From: an uncultured Victivallales bacterium
GTDB lineage: Bacteria > Verrucomicrobiota > Lentisphaeria > Victivallales > GWF2-38-69
Assembly: GCA_964625675.1 (NCBI GenBank)
Contig: CAZVCD010000002.1
Span: 1-47,146 of the forward strand
Reading direction: 5' to 3'
Length of the DNA stretch: 47,146 bases
Both the position numbers and the translations under genes were made by a program. The notes beneath the pieces are model-generated. The model was not told where the DNA came from and did no database searches. It was given only the letters and a program-made list of their open reading frames with translations. Below, piece after piece: positions 1-9,903 of this stretch (positions are counted from its first letter, which is position 1; the number at the start of each line of letters is the position of its first letter).

Positions 1-272
1 ACATATTTAGTGCTTGGGAGAAAACCCCCTATTTTTTGGGAAAATATGTTTTTGATAGTTATTAACAGTGAATATTTACTGTATTATTTTTACAAACTCT
101 CTGTATTTTTGCCAATTGGGCGAAGAATACAAAGAAAACCATCAAAGAGAATAAGAATATTAAAAACATTCGATGGGTTCACTTAAACCTTAACACCTAA
201 AACTTAAAACTTTATGTGCTTTCAGCACAGACACTATTTACGATTTGCCTTGAAACCAAAATCATTATATTT

Positions 273-362
273 AGTGTGCAGGAATTTGCTTTTTAACATA
301 CTCATAATCAACAAGGTTGCCTGACGCGATAAAACAAAAAGATAAAAACAAGATTTATCTTG
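273..362 (+). repeat. Family-1 dispersed intergenic repeat (head AGTGTRCAGGAATTTGCTTTTTAAC ... tail AAAAACAAGATTTATCTTG)
   Basis: Head and tail match the copies at 10001-10091(-), 17504-17618, 34420-34510(-), 46150-46304 and 47003-47146. It ends in the palindrome CAAGATTTATCTTG. Confidence 0.8.
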
Positions 363-488
363 AGCATTTAAGTTTGGCATTTTGAAAATTAAGATTTATT
401 TGTAATTTGATGCTTGTGATTTGTGATTTATGATGTTTTCTTATTGTATCTTTTATGACTATATTAACTTATAAAGGTGAAATATAAA

Positions 489-2036
489 ATGCTAGCCAAA
501 ATTTTTTCAGCTGCGATTAGTGGAATAGATGCCTATAAAGTTGTAATAGAAGTCAATGTAACAGGGGGAGGGAAGGAGGCTTTTGTAAATATAGTGGGGC
601 TTCCGGACAATGCAGTTAAAGAATCTAAAGATAGAGTTCAATCTGCAATTGAAAGCTCCGGATTACCATTTCCCTATTGTAAAAGTATAATAAACCTGGC
701 CCCGGCTGATATAAAAAAAGAAGGTGCGTCATTTGACCTACCTATTGCTCTTGGAATGCTTGCTGCAAACGGATCACTTGATATTCATAAAATAAGTAAT
801 GGACTGTTCTTGGGAGAATTAGCCCTAAATGGTACTGTTCGCCCGGTCAAAGGAACTCTTCCTATAGCAATTTTAGCCTCAAAGGATAGTGAAATTGATT
901 TTATTGGGGTTCCAGTGGAAAATGCGGCAGAAGCTGCTATTGCCGCCGGTGATAAACCGGTGTATCCGATTTCACACCTATTGGAAATTTGTGACTTTCT
1001 ATCCGGTAAAAATAAAATTGAACCATTTATTACAGATGAAAATATTTTTTTAGAAGATGAGTATTATGCTGATGGCTATCCTGATTTTGCTGATGTTAAG
1101 GGACAGGCATATGCTAAAAGAGCTCTTGAAGTTGCTGCTGCCGGAGGGCACAATATTCTTATGATAGGGCCTCCTGGAGCAGGTAAATCAATGCTGGCAA
1201 AAAGAATTTCTGGAATATTGCCTCCGTTACATCTTGAAGAGGCGCTTGAAGTTACCAAAACGCACAGCATTGCCGGGCTTCTGCCTCCCAATATCCCTAT
1301 TATTAAAACAAGGCCTTTTCGTGCTCCGCATCATACAATAAGCGATGCAGGTTTATTAGGTGGACAAAGCATACCTAAGCCTGGTGAGGTTAGTTTGGCG
1401 CACAATGGTGTTTTGTTTTTAGATGAATTTCCTGAATTCAGGCGTAACGTTCTTGAAGTCCTGCGACAGCCATTGGAAAATGGGCATGTAACTATTTCAC
1501 GCGCTTCCGGGAGCGTTACCTTTCCAGCCAATTTTATGCTTGCGGCAGCGATGAATCCATGCCCATGTGGTCATTTTGGTAGTTTGCAGCGTGAATGCAG
1601 ATGTTCAACATTCCAAATTCAGCGATATAGAAATAAAATATCCGGTCCTCTTTTAGATAGAATCGATATACATATAGAGGTTGGATCGCTGAATGAAGAT
1701 GAGTTATTAAGTGCTCCTACAGGAGAAAGTTCTTCTGTAATAAGAGAAAGAATAAACAAAGCCAGGAAAATTCAGCAGCAGCGCTTTTCTAGTAAAAAGA
1801 TTTTTTCTAATTCACAGATGAGTTCATCTGATTTACAGAAATACTGCAGCCTTGACAAAGAAAGTATTACATATCTACGTCATACTATCTCTGAATTGCA
1901 GCTAAGCGCAAGAGCTTATGATAGAATACTGAAAGTTGCAAGGACCATAGCGGATTTATATGGCACTGAAGAAGTGGTTCTGGAGCATATTTACGAAGCC
2001 GTTCAGTACAGAGCATTAGATAGACGATTATGGTGA
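489..2036 (+). CDS. comM: Mg-chelatase-like ATPase, ComM/YifB family
   Basis: N-terminal Lon-protease-like domain (LAKIFSAAISGIDAY...), Walker A GPPGAGKSMLAKR, and the conserved CPCG...C.C motif. AAGGTGA lies 8 nt before ATG 489. The track ORF begins at GTG 477. Confidence 0.9.
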   Translation: MLAKIFSAAISGIDAYKVVIEVNVTGGGKEAFVNIVGLPDNAVKESKDRVQSAIESSGLPFPYCKSIINLAPADIKKEGASFDLPIALGMLAANGSLDIHKISNGLFLGELALNGTVRPVKGTLPIAILASKDSEIDFIGVPVENAAEAAIAAGDKPVYPISHLLEICDFLSGKNKIEPFITDENIFLEDEYYADGYPDFADVKGQAYAKRALEVAAAGGHNILMIGPPGAGKSMLAKRISGILPPLHLEEALEVTKTHSIAGLLPPNIPIIKTRPFRAPHHTISDAGLLGGQSIPKPGEVSLAHNGVLFLDEFPEFRRNVLEVLRQPLENGHVTISRASGSVTFPANFMLAAAMNPCPCGHFGSLQRECRCSTFQIQRYRNKISGPLLDRIDIHIEVGSLNEDELLSAPTGESSSVIRERINKARKIQQQRFSSKKIFSNSQMSSSDLQKYCSLDKESITYLRHTISELQLSARAYDRILKVARTIADLYGTEEVVLEHIYEAVQYRALDRRLW

Positions 2037-2074
2037 AAAAATAGTAAGTTAACTATTTAGAGAGTAAACGTACT

Positions 2075-2146
2075 AACTTCTTAATAATCAACATAATTTT
2101 TACTTCAAACAGTAGTGAAAAGCAAGAGCAAAAATTATTTTGATTC
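2075..2146 (+). repeat. Family-1 repeat, partial body copy
   Basis: AACTTCTTAATAATCAACATAATTTTTACTTCAAACAGTAGTGAAAAG... parallels CTTCTTCATAATCAACATAATCATGATTTCAAACAGAAGTAAAAAG of the full copies. Confidence 0.6.
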
Positions 2147-2172
2147 AGATAAATAATCTTTTTTTCAGTCTC

Positions 2173-2201
2173 TTGACAAAATTTTCAAAACCCGCTATTA
2201 T
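2173..2201 (+). promoter_or_regulatory. Sigma-70-type promoter candidate (TTGACA-17 nt-TATTAT)
   Basis: TTGACA at 2173-2178, an exact 17-nt spacer, and TATTAT at 2196-2201, about 90 nt upstream of the 2293 start. Confidence 0.55.
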
Positions 2202-2292
2202 TATTTTAGTCGCTTCAATTCTGTTTGTGATTGACTCGTTATTGAATCTCACTTATTTGTATTAAAAATTTATCAAAAAAAGGGTATCCCTT

Positions 2293-3291
2293 ATGAGAAG
2301 GAATATATTATCACTTGTTTATGCCGTGATTGTGTCTCTGTTTTTAGTTGTTTTAGTTTCTTGTGGTAAGCTAAAGGAGGAACACGTTAAAACAGACAAC
2401 GATACTTCATTGACAAAGAAGAGTGTTGGATTTTCGCTTGCGGTTACTACTAATCCATTTGATGTTGCTGAAAAAAAGAGCCTTGAGAATTCGGCTAAAG
2501 AAAATGGTTTTAAAGCAAAATTTAGAGATGCTCGTGGTAAATTGACACAGCAACAGGCTGATATTGAAAGCCTTATTTCTGAAAAAATAAATTATCTTGT
2601 TGTTGTACCTGTAAAAGAAAATGGTTTCAAAGGAATATTTTATACTGCTCACCAAGCAGGGTTGCCAATCATACTCATAAATAGAAGTATCAATGGTGTT
2701 CCAGGTAAGGATTTTGATGCACTTATAACTTCTGATGGTTATTGGGAAGGTCAAGCTGCTGCTGAATGGTTGCTGAAAAACAAAGAAGATAAAATTAATG
2801 TTGTACAACTTGTGGGCACTCCCGGGGCATCTATAACTGAAGCAAGAACAGCGGGGTTTAGGGCGGTTGCAAGAAAACATAAAAGACTAAAAATACTTGA
2901 GTCCAAGGTCTGTGATTTCTCAAAATCAGCAGCCTATGATAAAACAAAGGAAACTATTACAATTTATACCCAGACTAATGTAAAAGTTGATGCTATTTTT
3001 GCTCAGAACGATAATATGGCTTTAGGTGCGATAGAGGCAATAAAAGATGCAGGTCTTAACTCATTGACTAAAGATATTCTTATTATAGGTATTGACGGGC
3101 AGAAAGAAGCTAAAGAAGCCATAGAAAAAGGCGAAATGTCAGCCACTATTTCATCTTCTCCATACTATGGCTCCATTGTTTTTAAAAATATCAAAGACCT
3201 TGAAGCAGGGAAGAAGATAGAACCCGTGCAGACAATAAAAGGTAAAGTATACGATAAATCAAATATCAGTGAACTCACTACTGCTTTTTAA
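2293..3291 (+). CDS. Periplasmic sugar-binding lipoprotein (RbsB/LacI-type periplasmic binding protein fold)
   Basis: Signal peptide with lipobox LVSC|G. Type-I PBP-like sequence (VGFSL...NPF, NYLVVVP, IFAQNDNMALGAIEAIKDAG, IIGIDG). Confidence 0.8.
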   Translation: MRRNILSLVYAVIVSLFLVVLVSCGKLKEEHVKTDNDTSLTKKSVGFSLAVTTNPFDVAEKKSLENSAKENGFKAKFRDARGKLTQQQADIESLISEKINYLVVVPVKENGFKGIFYTAHQAGLPIILINRSINGVPGKDFDALITSDGYWEGQAAAEWLLKNKEDKINVVQLVGTPGASITEARTAGFRAVARKHKRLKILESKVCDFSKSAAYDKTKETITIYTQTNVKVDAIFAQNDNMALGAIEAIKDAGLNSLTKDILIIGIDGQKEAKEAIEKGEMSATISSSPYYGSIVFKNIKDLEAGKKIEPVQTIKGKVYDKSNISELTTAF

Positions 3292-3297
3292 GTAATT

Positions 3298-3319
3298 GTG
3301 ACGGAAATCATTCCGTCAC
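3298..3319. terminator. Perfect 9-bp hairpin between convergent genes (GTGACGGAA-ATCA-TTCCGTCAC)
   Basis: Read directly from the sequence. It starts 7 nt after the stop of the 2293..3291 gene. No clean T-run follows, so it is terminator-like only. Confidence 0.5.
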
Positions 3320-3532
3320 AGCAATCCGGCTGTTAAGCGGACTTATGAATAAATCTACTAAAGCTATCGAATTTTGCTGGATTTTTAGTTGTATAAAAAC
3401 AACTGCCTTTATTATTATACTTTTTAACGTTGTTCATATTTGCTTTCTCAACATTTTTATACGCAGAAAATTTATCCAATACTTCTTTCACAGTATAAAT
3501 AGCAGCGAGTATAAACGAATTAAGGTCAAAAC

Positions 3533-5470
3533 TCAGTTACCTTTATACTCAACAATTTCTAATGCGATATCATCGAACTGTTCAAGGCCTTCTGAAAAGG
3601 ACATTATGTTTCGGAGGATTTCCTTTAGAAGATCATTAACTGAAAGCTGATAATTATTTTTTAAAATATCCAAAAGCCTCTCTTCTTCAAATGCTTCATT
3701 GTTTTTCCCTACTGCTTCTGTGACCCCGTCTGTATAGAGTAGAAATCTGTCTCCGGAGCGCATTTTTATTTTTTCTGACGAGTAAACTGTGCTTTCGATA
3801 ATTCCGAGCGGGGGTCCGTGAACAGTTGAAATTTTTTCTATCAGTCCATTATTTCTCAGCAGAAACGGGCTGTTGTGTCCAGCATTAGTATATTCAAGTT
3901 CACCAGTTTTCAGATTTAGAACACACAGGAAGAATGTTACAAACATACAGGATTTATTTTCAGCGCATAAAAGTCTGTTAATTTCTGTAAGTGCTTTATG
4001 AGGCAATAAATCCGGCAATGCCTTCGATTTTAACAAAGTTTTTGTTATTGCCATGAATAAGGCGGCCGGAACGCTTTTGCCGGACACATCGCCTATCGCA
4101 AAACAGAAGCGATTCTTCGACAGGAGAAAGTGGTCATATATATCTCCACCAACAGCCATAGCCGGTTGAATAATTGCGAAAATTTCGAATTCCTTACGGT
4201 CAGAATAGGCTGGAAATTTATCAGGTATTAAACTCATCTGAATTTTCCGAGCAATTTCCATCTCGCTTTGCATTCTTTCTTTTTCAGATATGTTTTTTTT
4301 AAGAGTTTCAATGTGCTTAATTAGCTTCTTGCGCATTGATTCAAATGAATTGGCCAGTCTGCCGATTTCATCATTTTGTTTAATGACAGGAACTTGAACT
4401 TCAAAGTTTTTTGAGATAATATTATCTGCAGCGTCAGCCAGAACTCGCAGCGGACGGGTTATTTTGTGTGTAATAAAGATTATAATTATAAAAACTGCGA
4501 TTAATCCTGTTACTGATAATATCAAAATGATAATATTTTCTGCTATTAAATCTTTCATCAGGTCTTTGGTGGGAAAAAATGTTGCTATTGACCAGTTATT
4601 AAACAGTACAGGGGTAAAATAAATCCAGCCTTTTTCATTTTTTAAAGGGTAAACATAATACTGAAGGCCGGTTTCTCCTCTTATCATTCTTTCTCCAATT
4701 TTCTTCAAAACCGGATCATTTCTTTTGTCAGCTAATTCGAAGATTGTTGTATTTACAATATCTTTGCGTAAAGGGTAGCTTATAATTGTACCCTTACTCG
4801 ACGCTATGAATGTGAAACCGGGGCCATAAGTTTCTTTTAATGAGCCAAGAAATTTATCGAGCCAGGTCAAAGACATGTCAGCTGTTGTGACTCCGTAAAA
4901 TTTTTTATTTTTACCCTTTTTATTCTTCTTATAAAATGGGACTGAATAAGTACACATAAATATATCTCCGGCGCCTTCATCAAAATATGGTTCAGTCCAG
5001 AAGGAATGGTTCAATTCCGCCGGTTTCTTATACCACTCCCAGGTTGTATAATCGTAGGATTTTGACAGCTCGATATATTTGACTGTATCCTTTTTCTGAT
5101 TATAGGCATAGGGCGCGAACAGTTTTATATCGGGTTTATATGTGTAAGGAGCAAAGGCTATGCAGCAGCCGTATATTTCCTGATTATCCTTTACCAAAAC
5201 TGATAATGTTTCTTTAAGTTCACTCTGAGAAAACTCATTGTTTTCTAAAAAAGTGACAAGGCTCTTGGGTACAGTCTCAACAGAACTGAAAACTGTGTCA
5301 ATTTTTCGATTGATTGATGTTGCCAGTATTCCTGCAATCTTCTGCATCCTTTTGGTCATAAGCTTCTGTGAAGTATAATTATTGTATAACAATATACTCG
5401 AAAAAACTAATGCTGAAAAAAACAGGATTAAGAAAGATAACTTAAAAGCGAGACCTCTATTTCTAAACAT
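3533..5470 (-). CDS. Membrane sensor phosphatase: Cache-like periplasmic domain - HAMP - PP2C/SpoIIE (RsbU-like)
   Basis: N-terminal TM, a roughly 270-aa extracytoplasmic region, a second TM, HAMP (RPLRVLADAADNI...EIGRLANSFESM), and PP2C motifs (GGDIYD, GDVSGKSVPAALFM, NAGHNSP, LYTDGVTEA). Confidence 0.85.
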   Translation of the reverse strand: MFRNRGLAFKLSFLILFFSALVFSSILLYNNYTSQKLMTKRMQKIAGILATSINRKIDTVFSSVETVPKSLVTFLENNEFSQSELKETLSVLVKDNQEIYGCCIAFAPYTYKPDIKLFAPYAYNQKKDTVKYIELSKSYDYTTWEWYKKPAELNHSFWTEPYFDEGAGDIFMCTYSVPFYKKNKKGKNKKFYGVTTADMSLTWLDKFLGSLKETYGPGFTFIASSKGTIISYPLRKDIVNTTIFELADKRNDPVLKKIGERMIRGETGLQYYVYPLKNEKGWIYFTPVLFNNWSIATFFPTKDLMKDLIAENIIILILSVTGLIAVFIIIIFITHKITRPLRVLADAADNIISKNFEVQVPVIKQNDEIGRLANSFESMRKKLIKHIETLKKNISEKERMQSEMEIARKIQMSLIPDKFPAYSDRKEFEIFAIIQPAMAVGGDIYDHFLLSKNRFCFAIGDVSGKSVPAALFMAITKTLLKSKALPDLLPHKALTEINRLLCAENKSCMFVTFFLCVLNLKTGELEYTNAGHNSPFLLRNNGLIEKISTVHGPPLGIIESTVYSSEKIKMRSGDRFLLYTDGVTEAVGKNNEAFEEERLLDILKNNYQLSVNDLLKEILRNIMSFSEGLEQFDDIALEIVEYKGN

Positions 5471-5990
5471 AATTAACTACTCTAACCGTTTAAGATTGAA
5501 ATTAAAAAATTGAAAAGAGTGATTTGGATTAAACATCTATTGCAGTTTACGTTAATACAAATAGCGAAAAGTTTCAAATAATGCACAGCATATTTTTTGT
5601 AAATGAGGTGATTGCAGAAGTCCAACACAAGCATGTTTTTTATAGTTTGGGGCGGACAGATAGTAAAGCTCGCGGAAAATATAAGGCCTTCAAGGATATC
5701 TTTCTTCAAAGATAAGTTTTCATGTCAAAACGATATCTTCAGGGTTGATTGTCTGTTTTCTGATTGTTATTGGCTGTTTATAAAGTATAATAACATCAGA
5801 TACGATGTGAGATCAGTTAAAAATAGTTTTTAAATGATTTATTTAGTATTGATTCCGGTATTATTGTGTTGTTTTACATATTACCGATTTCAATTGTGAA
5901 CGGTTACAAATATGTATTCAGTATTGTAACTTTGATCATTCTGTTTTCAGGCGGATGATAAGGGGATATAACTATTAAGGAGAAGTTTGT

Positions 5991-7757
5991 ATGACATATA
6001 ACAGTGCAAAACCTGAACTTTTAGCTAAGATGAAAAGTGTTTTATCACAAGTACGTATTAAAAACTGGGATGATATAACATCTGTTATTACGACATTAAA
6101 AGACAGCACAGAAGAGATTATTCATGCTTCTGATAGTTCTTTTTTAGATAACATAAAAAAAGGGATTGCTTTTATTACCTTTGACTATGGAATTGACGGT
6201 GTTTCTATAGAAATAGAGAAGTATGCTAACTGCCTGGAACGTCTTTTTAAAGATGAAAATGATGATACAGTTCCGTTGCACTTTATTGGAGGGGATTTTT
6301 ATGACAAAGCTGATGTTGTCCTAAAGCCTTATTGGAGACGTTATAACATTCCTGACATGAATGGGTGGTCAAAATGGAGCAATGGTGAGTGGTTTTCAAA
6401 GCTTTTTTATGAAGACATGCCTGAAGGGAGCCAAGTTTCTGATGATATGGCCGAAGAAATCTGGAAGCAGGCTTTGAATTTTGCCAATTTACTGGGTGAA
6501 TATCTCGTAAAAAATAATATTTCACTGCTTATACCGGTTAATATTTGCACGAACCCAGGAAATCCGGCAATTACCTTAGCAGTGGTGATGGTTACAGAGG
6601 CATTAGGTATAAATGTTATCAGTTCAAATCATGATTACTACTGGGAAGGTGGAAAAGCCAATAGAAAACCGGGAGAAGAAGCCGGCCCAAGGGATCACTT
6701 CTTTAAAAATATTAATAATAAGCCATTTTTCAGTCTTTTAAAAACACTATTTCCATGGAATGGAAAACGCTGGTTGCAGGTGAACATTAACGAACCGCAA
6801 TCTGGGGCGTTGATTAATAAGTTTGGGTTTGATAAAAAACAGGTATTTGAGTTGGGTTCGTGTATAAGCAATGAATTTTTAAGAGAATATGCTTTCCCAG
6901 AAGTGCTGTCTGCCCGTCGCAGGATGACATATATTCTATCGGATGGCGCACCTGTAATAACGACTGTTCCGGTAAAAGAACATCTTGCCAGCCTTTCCAA
7001 CTGGATGAAAAATCAAAAGCCTGTTGTTTGTTCTAATAACAGTATATCAGAGCTTGATCCAATGGGAAAAGGGACTTTATACTGTTTGCAGCCTACGCGT
7101 GTTGTCGGAAGAAAACGTATTTACAAGGACCTAAAGTTGCTTACTGCTCTGTTAAAACATGATAAAATGAAAAATGCATTTAAAAGCGGGAGAGCAGAAC
7201 AGCTTATTTTTCACATTACAGGGCCTGTGCCGATAGAGCATCAGAAAGATCTTGAAGATGTGTTAAACGCTTATGCTGAAATGTGCAATAATTTACCTGT
7301 AGATGTTGCGAATCGAGTATTCATTGTTTTCTCTGTTGGAACTGAGGATCATCCAAGCTTAGATGAAAACGGATTATTTAAATTGTGCATTGAAGATATC
7401 TACAAACTTGCAGACATTATTCTTTTTCCGAGTGAAACTGAAGGCAGAGGACTGCCGATAATTGAATCCGGAGCTTGTGGTATTCCTATTGTATGTAGCC
7501 GTTATTACCCGGGAGAAGTTTTCGATGGTGTTGTAGGTAAAGGATTGCCTGAAGATGAACAGATAAAATATATCCTATTCCCTGAAGAGGATGAATATTC
7601 TGATGATCTGTTAAATGAAGTTGCGGATATTTTTTTAAAACCGAATGCACGCAGTATCTATTCTAAACATAATAAAATAGCGGTAGAAAAACGCTATGGT
7701 ATTGAGATGTTGGTGAAAAAATTTGGAAGCTTTATGGATATATTGAAAAACTTATAA
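5991..7757 (+). CDS. Glycosyltransferase, GT4-like C-terminal domain with a long N-terminal extension
   Basis: Strong RBS AAGGAGA. C-terminal E-x7-E motif region ILFPSETEGRGLPIIESGACGIPIV. The first ~330 aa are not recognised. Confidence 0.65.
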   Translation: MTYNSAKPELLAKMKSVLSQVRIKNWDDITSVITTLKDSTEEIIHASDSSFLDNIKKGIAFITFDYGIDGVSIEIEKYANCLERLFKDENDDTVPLHFIGGDFYDKADVVLKPYWRRYNIPDMNGWSKWSNGEWFSKLFYEDMPEGSQVSDDMAEEIWKQALNFANLLGEYLVKNNISLLIPVNICTNPGNPAITLAVVMVTEALGINVISSNHDYYWEGGKANRKPGEEAGPRDHFFKNINNKPFFSLLKTLFPWNGKRWLQVNINEPQSGALINKFGFDKKQVFELGSCISNEFLREYAFPEVLSARRRMTYILSDGAPVITTVPVKEHLASLSNWMKNQKPVVCSNNSISELDPMGKGTLYCLQPTRVVGRKRIYKDLKLLTALLKHDKMKNAFKSGRAEQLIFHITGPVPIEHQKDLEDVLNAYAEMCNNLPVDVANRVFIVFSVGTEDHPSLDENGLFKLCIEDIYKLADIILFPSETEGRGLPIIESGACGIPIVCSRYYPGEVFDGVVGKGLPEDEQIKYILFPEEDEYSDDLLNEVADIFLKPNARSIYSKHNKIAVEKRYGIEMLVKKFGSFMDILKNL

Positions 7758-7774
7758 ATATAATGGGGAAAACT

Positions 7775-8896
7775 ATGAAAATTGGATTTATTGAAGATAC
7801 TCCGCTACATGGAGGAACGCAGATATGGGTAGTTGAAGCTACTAGAATCTTTATTGATAAAGGTGAAGATGTTACGGTTATTGCCCCTGAAAATAGTTAT
7901 GTGGCAAATGAATGTGCAAAAGTCGGAGCAAAAATATTTACATATAATTGGGAAGATATACCAAAGAATAGAGAAAAATATAAAGCAGCATGGATTGAAG
8001 GATTAAAAAATTCAGATGTTGCTGTTTGTACTGTACATCCTCCGAGAGACGGATTTCACTGTTCTGTTTTTGGTGCAGAATGTATAAAAGAAGCAGGGCT
8101 TGAAACCATACTTATTCCCAAAACAGGAACTATTGTGCCCGAATATAAAAGAGAATTTTATCTACCTGACACTGAAATAAATTCTAGAGTTATTACTATT
8201 ACAGGATTCACCCGTAATTATCTGATTAGTGACTACAAAATTCCGCAAGGGATGGTTGAACTGATTTATCAGGGCACGGAAGTTGATAGGTTTACATCAA
8301 CAGATGAAACAAAAAAAGAAGCTGTGAAAAGATATCCTCTTCCTGAAAACGCCGGGCCTATTCTAGGTTCAGTCGGGTCTTTTGAAGAGCGAAAAGGACA
8401 GACCGTACTACTGGAAGCAGTAAAAAAACTTTCAAAAGGCAAACTTCCAAATGTTCATGCAATGCTTGTTGGTGACGGTCCGGATGAAGTTATGCTGAAA
8501 GAAAAAGTGAAAGAAATGAAACTGGAAAAAAATGTGTCCTTTTTTCCGTTTACCAATGAGCCTAATTTTATTTTTGAAAGGCTTGATATTCTTACATTAC
8601 CCAGTCTTTATAAAGAAGGTCTTCCAAATGTACTTCTTGAAGCTATGTCAATGAACTTACCATGTATAGCCTCAAAAATGGCCGGAATACCTGAAATTAT
8701 TTTCAATGGGAAAACTGGCTATATGGTTTCACCCGGTAAAGTTGACGAATTAGCTGATGCTGTAGAAAAGTTATGGTCCGACAAAGAGCAGTGCGTACAA
8801 ATGGGTGTTAACTCCAGAAAGCTGATGAAAGAAAAAATGGACAAAAAAAACCAGTTTACTGAATTTTTAAATTATTTTAAAAGCCTGGTAAAATAG
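7775..8896 (+). CDS. Glycosyltransferase family 4 (GT-B, Glycos_transf_1-type)
   Basis: LPSLYKEGLPNVLLEAMSMNLPCIASKMAGIPEII is the classic GT4 motif. Start chosen at MKIGFI (GGGGAAAA upstream); the track ORF starts at 7763. Confidence 0.85.
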   Translation: MKIGFIEDTPLHGGTQIWVVEATRIFIDKGEDVTVIAPENSYVANECAKVGAKIFTYNWEDIPKNREKYKAAWIEGLKNSDVAVCTVHPPRDGFHCSVFGAECIKEAGLETILIPKTGTIVPEYKREFYLPDTEINSRVITITGFTRNYLISDYKIPQGMVELIYQGTEVDRFTSTDETKKEAVKRYPLPENAGPILGSVGSFEERKGQTVLLEAVKKLSKGKLPNVHAMLVGDGPDEVMLKEKVKEMKLEKNVSFFPFTNEPNFIFERLDILTLPSLYKEGLPNVLLEAMSMNLPCIASKMAGIPEIIFNGKTGYMVSPGKVDELADAVEKLWSDKEQCVQMGVNSRKLMKEKMDKKNQFTEFLNYFKSLVK

Positions 8897-8917
8897 AATT
8901 TCCCAAAAAAACTAGTT

Positions 8918-9775
8918 ATGACAGCCTTTAAATTTAAAAATCGTAGTTTAGAACTAGGTAAAAGAACTCTGATTATGGGAGTTCACAATGCGACTCCAGA
9001 CTCTTTCTCTGATGGAGGAATGTACTCAACTGTTTCAGATGCAGTTGACCATTGCCTTCAAATGATATCCGAAGGGGCAGATATCATTGATATCGGTGGA
9101 GAATCAACAAGGCCTGGTGATGACTCTTCTGTTAGCATTGAGGAAGAATTGCGTCGTGTTATTCCAATTATTTCAGAACTAAAGAAGCAAGCTCCACACT
9201 CAATAATAAGTATTGATACAATGAAGCCGGAAGTTGCTAGAGAAGCTGTTTTTAACGGTGCGGATATTATTAATGATGTCAGCGGGCTGAAGTTTTCAAA
9301 AGATATAGCTAAAGTTGCTGCTGAGACCAAAGCCGGGTTGATTCTTATGCATATGAAAGAATCTCCCAAAGCAAAGAATTCGGACTGCAAATATGATAAT
9401 CTACTTAATGATATAAAAGATTTTCTTGTTGATGCTGCTCAGACAGCAGAGGCTCTCGGCGTATCAAGAAAATGTATTATGCTTGATCCTGGACTTGGTG
9501 GCGGCAGTTTTGGAAAAAACATGGAGCAGAATTGTGAAATTCTGGCTAATATTCAATGCTTCAAGCAAACCGGGTATCCGGTGCTAGCAGCCCCTTCAAA
9601 AAAATCATTCATAGGAGCCCTGCTTAATGAACCTTTACCTCAGAATAGAATATGGGCTACTGCTGCCACTGTAGCTTGGGTGGCTGGTGCAAAAGCTGAT
9701 GTTGTCAGAGTGCACGATGTAAAAGAAATGTCACAGGTATTAAAAACCTATGAAGCGATAATGAAGTTTGCTTAA
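8918..9775 (+). CDS. folP: Dihydropteroate synthase
   Basis: NATPDSFSDGG, IIDIGGESTRPG, INDVSG, MHM, LDPGLG and the SKKSFIG motif series. Confidence 0.93.
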   Translation: MTAFKFKNRSLELGKRTLIMGVHNATPDSFSDGGMYSTVSDAVDHCLQMISEGADIIDIGGESTRPGDDSSVSIEEELRRVIPIISELKKQAPHSIISIDTMKPEVAREAVFNGADIINDVSGLKFSKDIAKVAAETKAGLILMHMKESPKAKNSDCKYDNLLNDIKDFLVDAAQTAEALGVSRKCIMLDPGLGGGSFGKNMEQNCEILANIQCFKQTGYPVLAAPSKKSFIGALLNEPLPQNRIWATAATVAWVAGAKADVVRVHDVKEMSQVLKTYEAIMKFA

Positions 9776-9876
9776 TGTTTAGCCTCAAAAATATTACTGT
9801 TAATATAAATATAAATAAAATCCTTGATAATATTTCTCTGAAAATTAACAAAGGTGATAAAATCCCCTCAAATTAA
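9775..9876 (+). pseudogene. N-terminal remnant (33 codons) of an ABC-transporter ATP-binding protein
   Basis: The ATG overlaps the folP stop (TAATG). The translation MFSLKNITVNININKILDNISLKINKGDKI is the canonical ABC ATPase N-terminus, but it stops (PSN*) just where the Walker A should follow. A repeat element starts there. Confidence 0.6.
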
Positions 9877-9903
9877 TCAAAAATAAAAATACCTCCGGTA
9901 TAT
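9853..9903 (+). repeat. Family-2 element, 3' half copy (...CAAAAATAAAAATACCTCCGGTATA)
   Basis: Matches the 3' halves of the 95-nt copies at 19843-19937, 20327-20421 and 40443-40537(-). Confidence 0.75.

Noticed and set aside
273-300. Family-1 head ACAGGAATTTGCTTTTT as a sigma-54 promoter (GG...GC), prompted by the NtrC-type activator in the window
   Set aside because: The GG and GC dinucleotides are separated by only 5 nt, whereas the -24/-12 consensus TGGCAC-N5-TTGC has about 10. I found no convincing TGGCAC-N5-TTGC in any intergenic region, so the target of the activator is probably outside this window.
1076-1531. Minus-strand ORFs 1076..1291 and 1331..1531 inside comM, and similar antisense ORFs such as 2407..2880, 6283..7000, 9058..9390, 13846..14931, 16221..16490, 17935..18498, 22527..22949, 26611..27015, 32497..33016, 35302..35685 and 42137..42700
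   Set aside because: Each is fully embedded antisense (or out of frame) in a long ORF that has clear family motifs. Their translations are low-complexity or Cys/Ser/Leu-rich shadows with no RBS.
3345-3650. 101-aa plus-strand ORF
   Set aside because: It overlaps the 3' end of the phosphatase gene on the opposite strand. Its composition is hydrophobic and Ile/Phe-rich, typical of AT-rich noise, and it has no RBS.
5482-5833. ORFs 5482..5709 (-) and 5612..5833 (+) in the phosphatase/GT intergenic region
   Set aside because: They overlap each other, have no RBS and give junk-like translations. The region is more plausibly a divergent promoter region.
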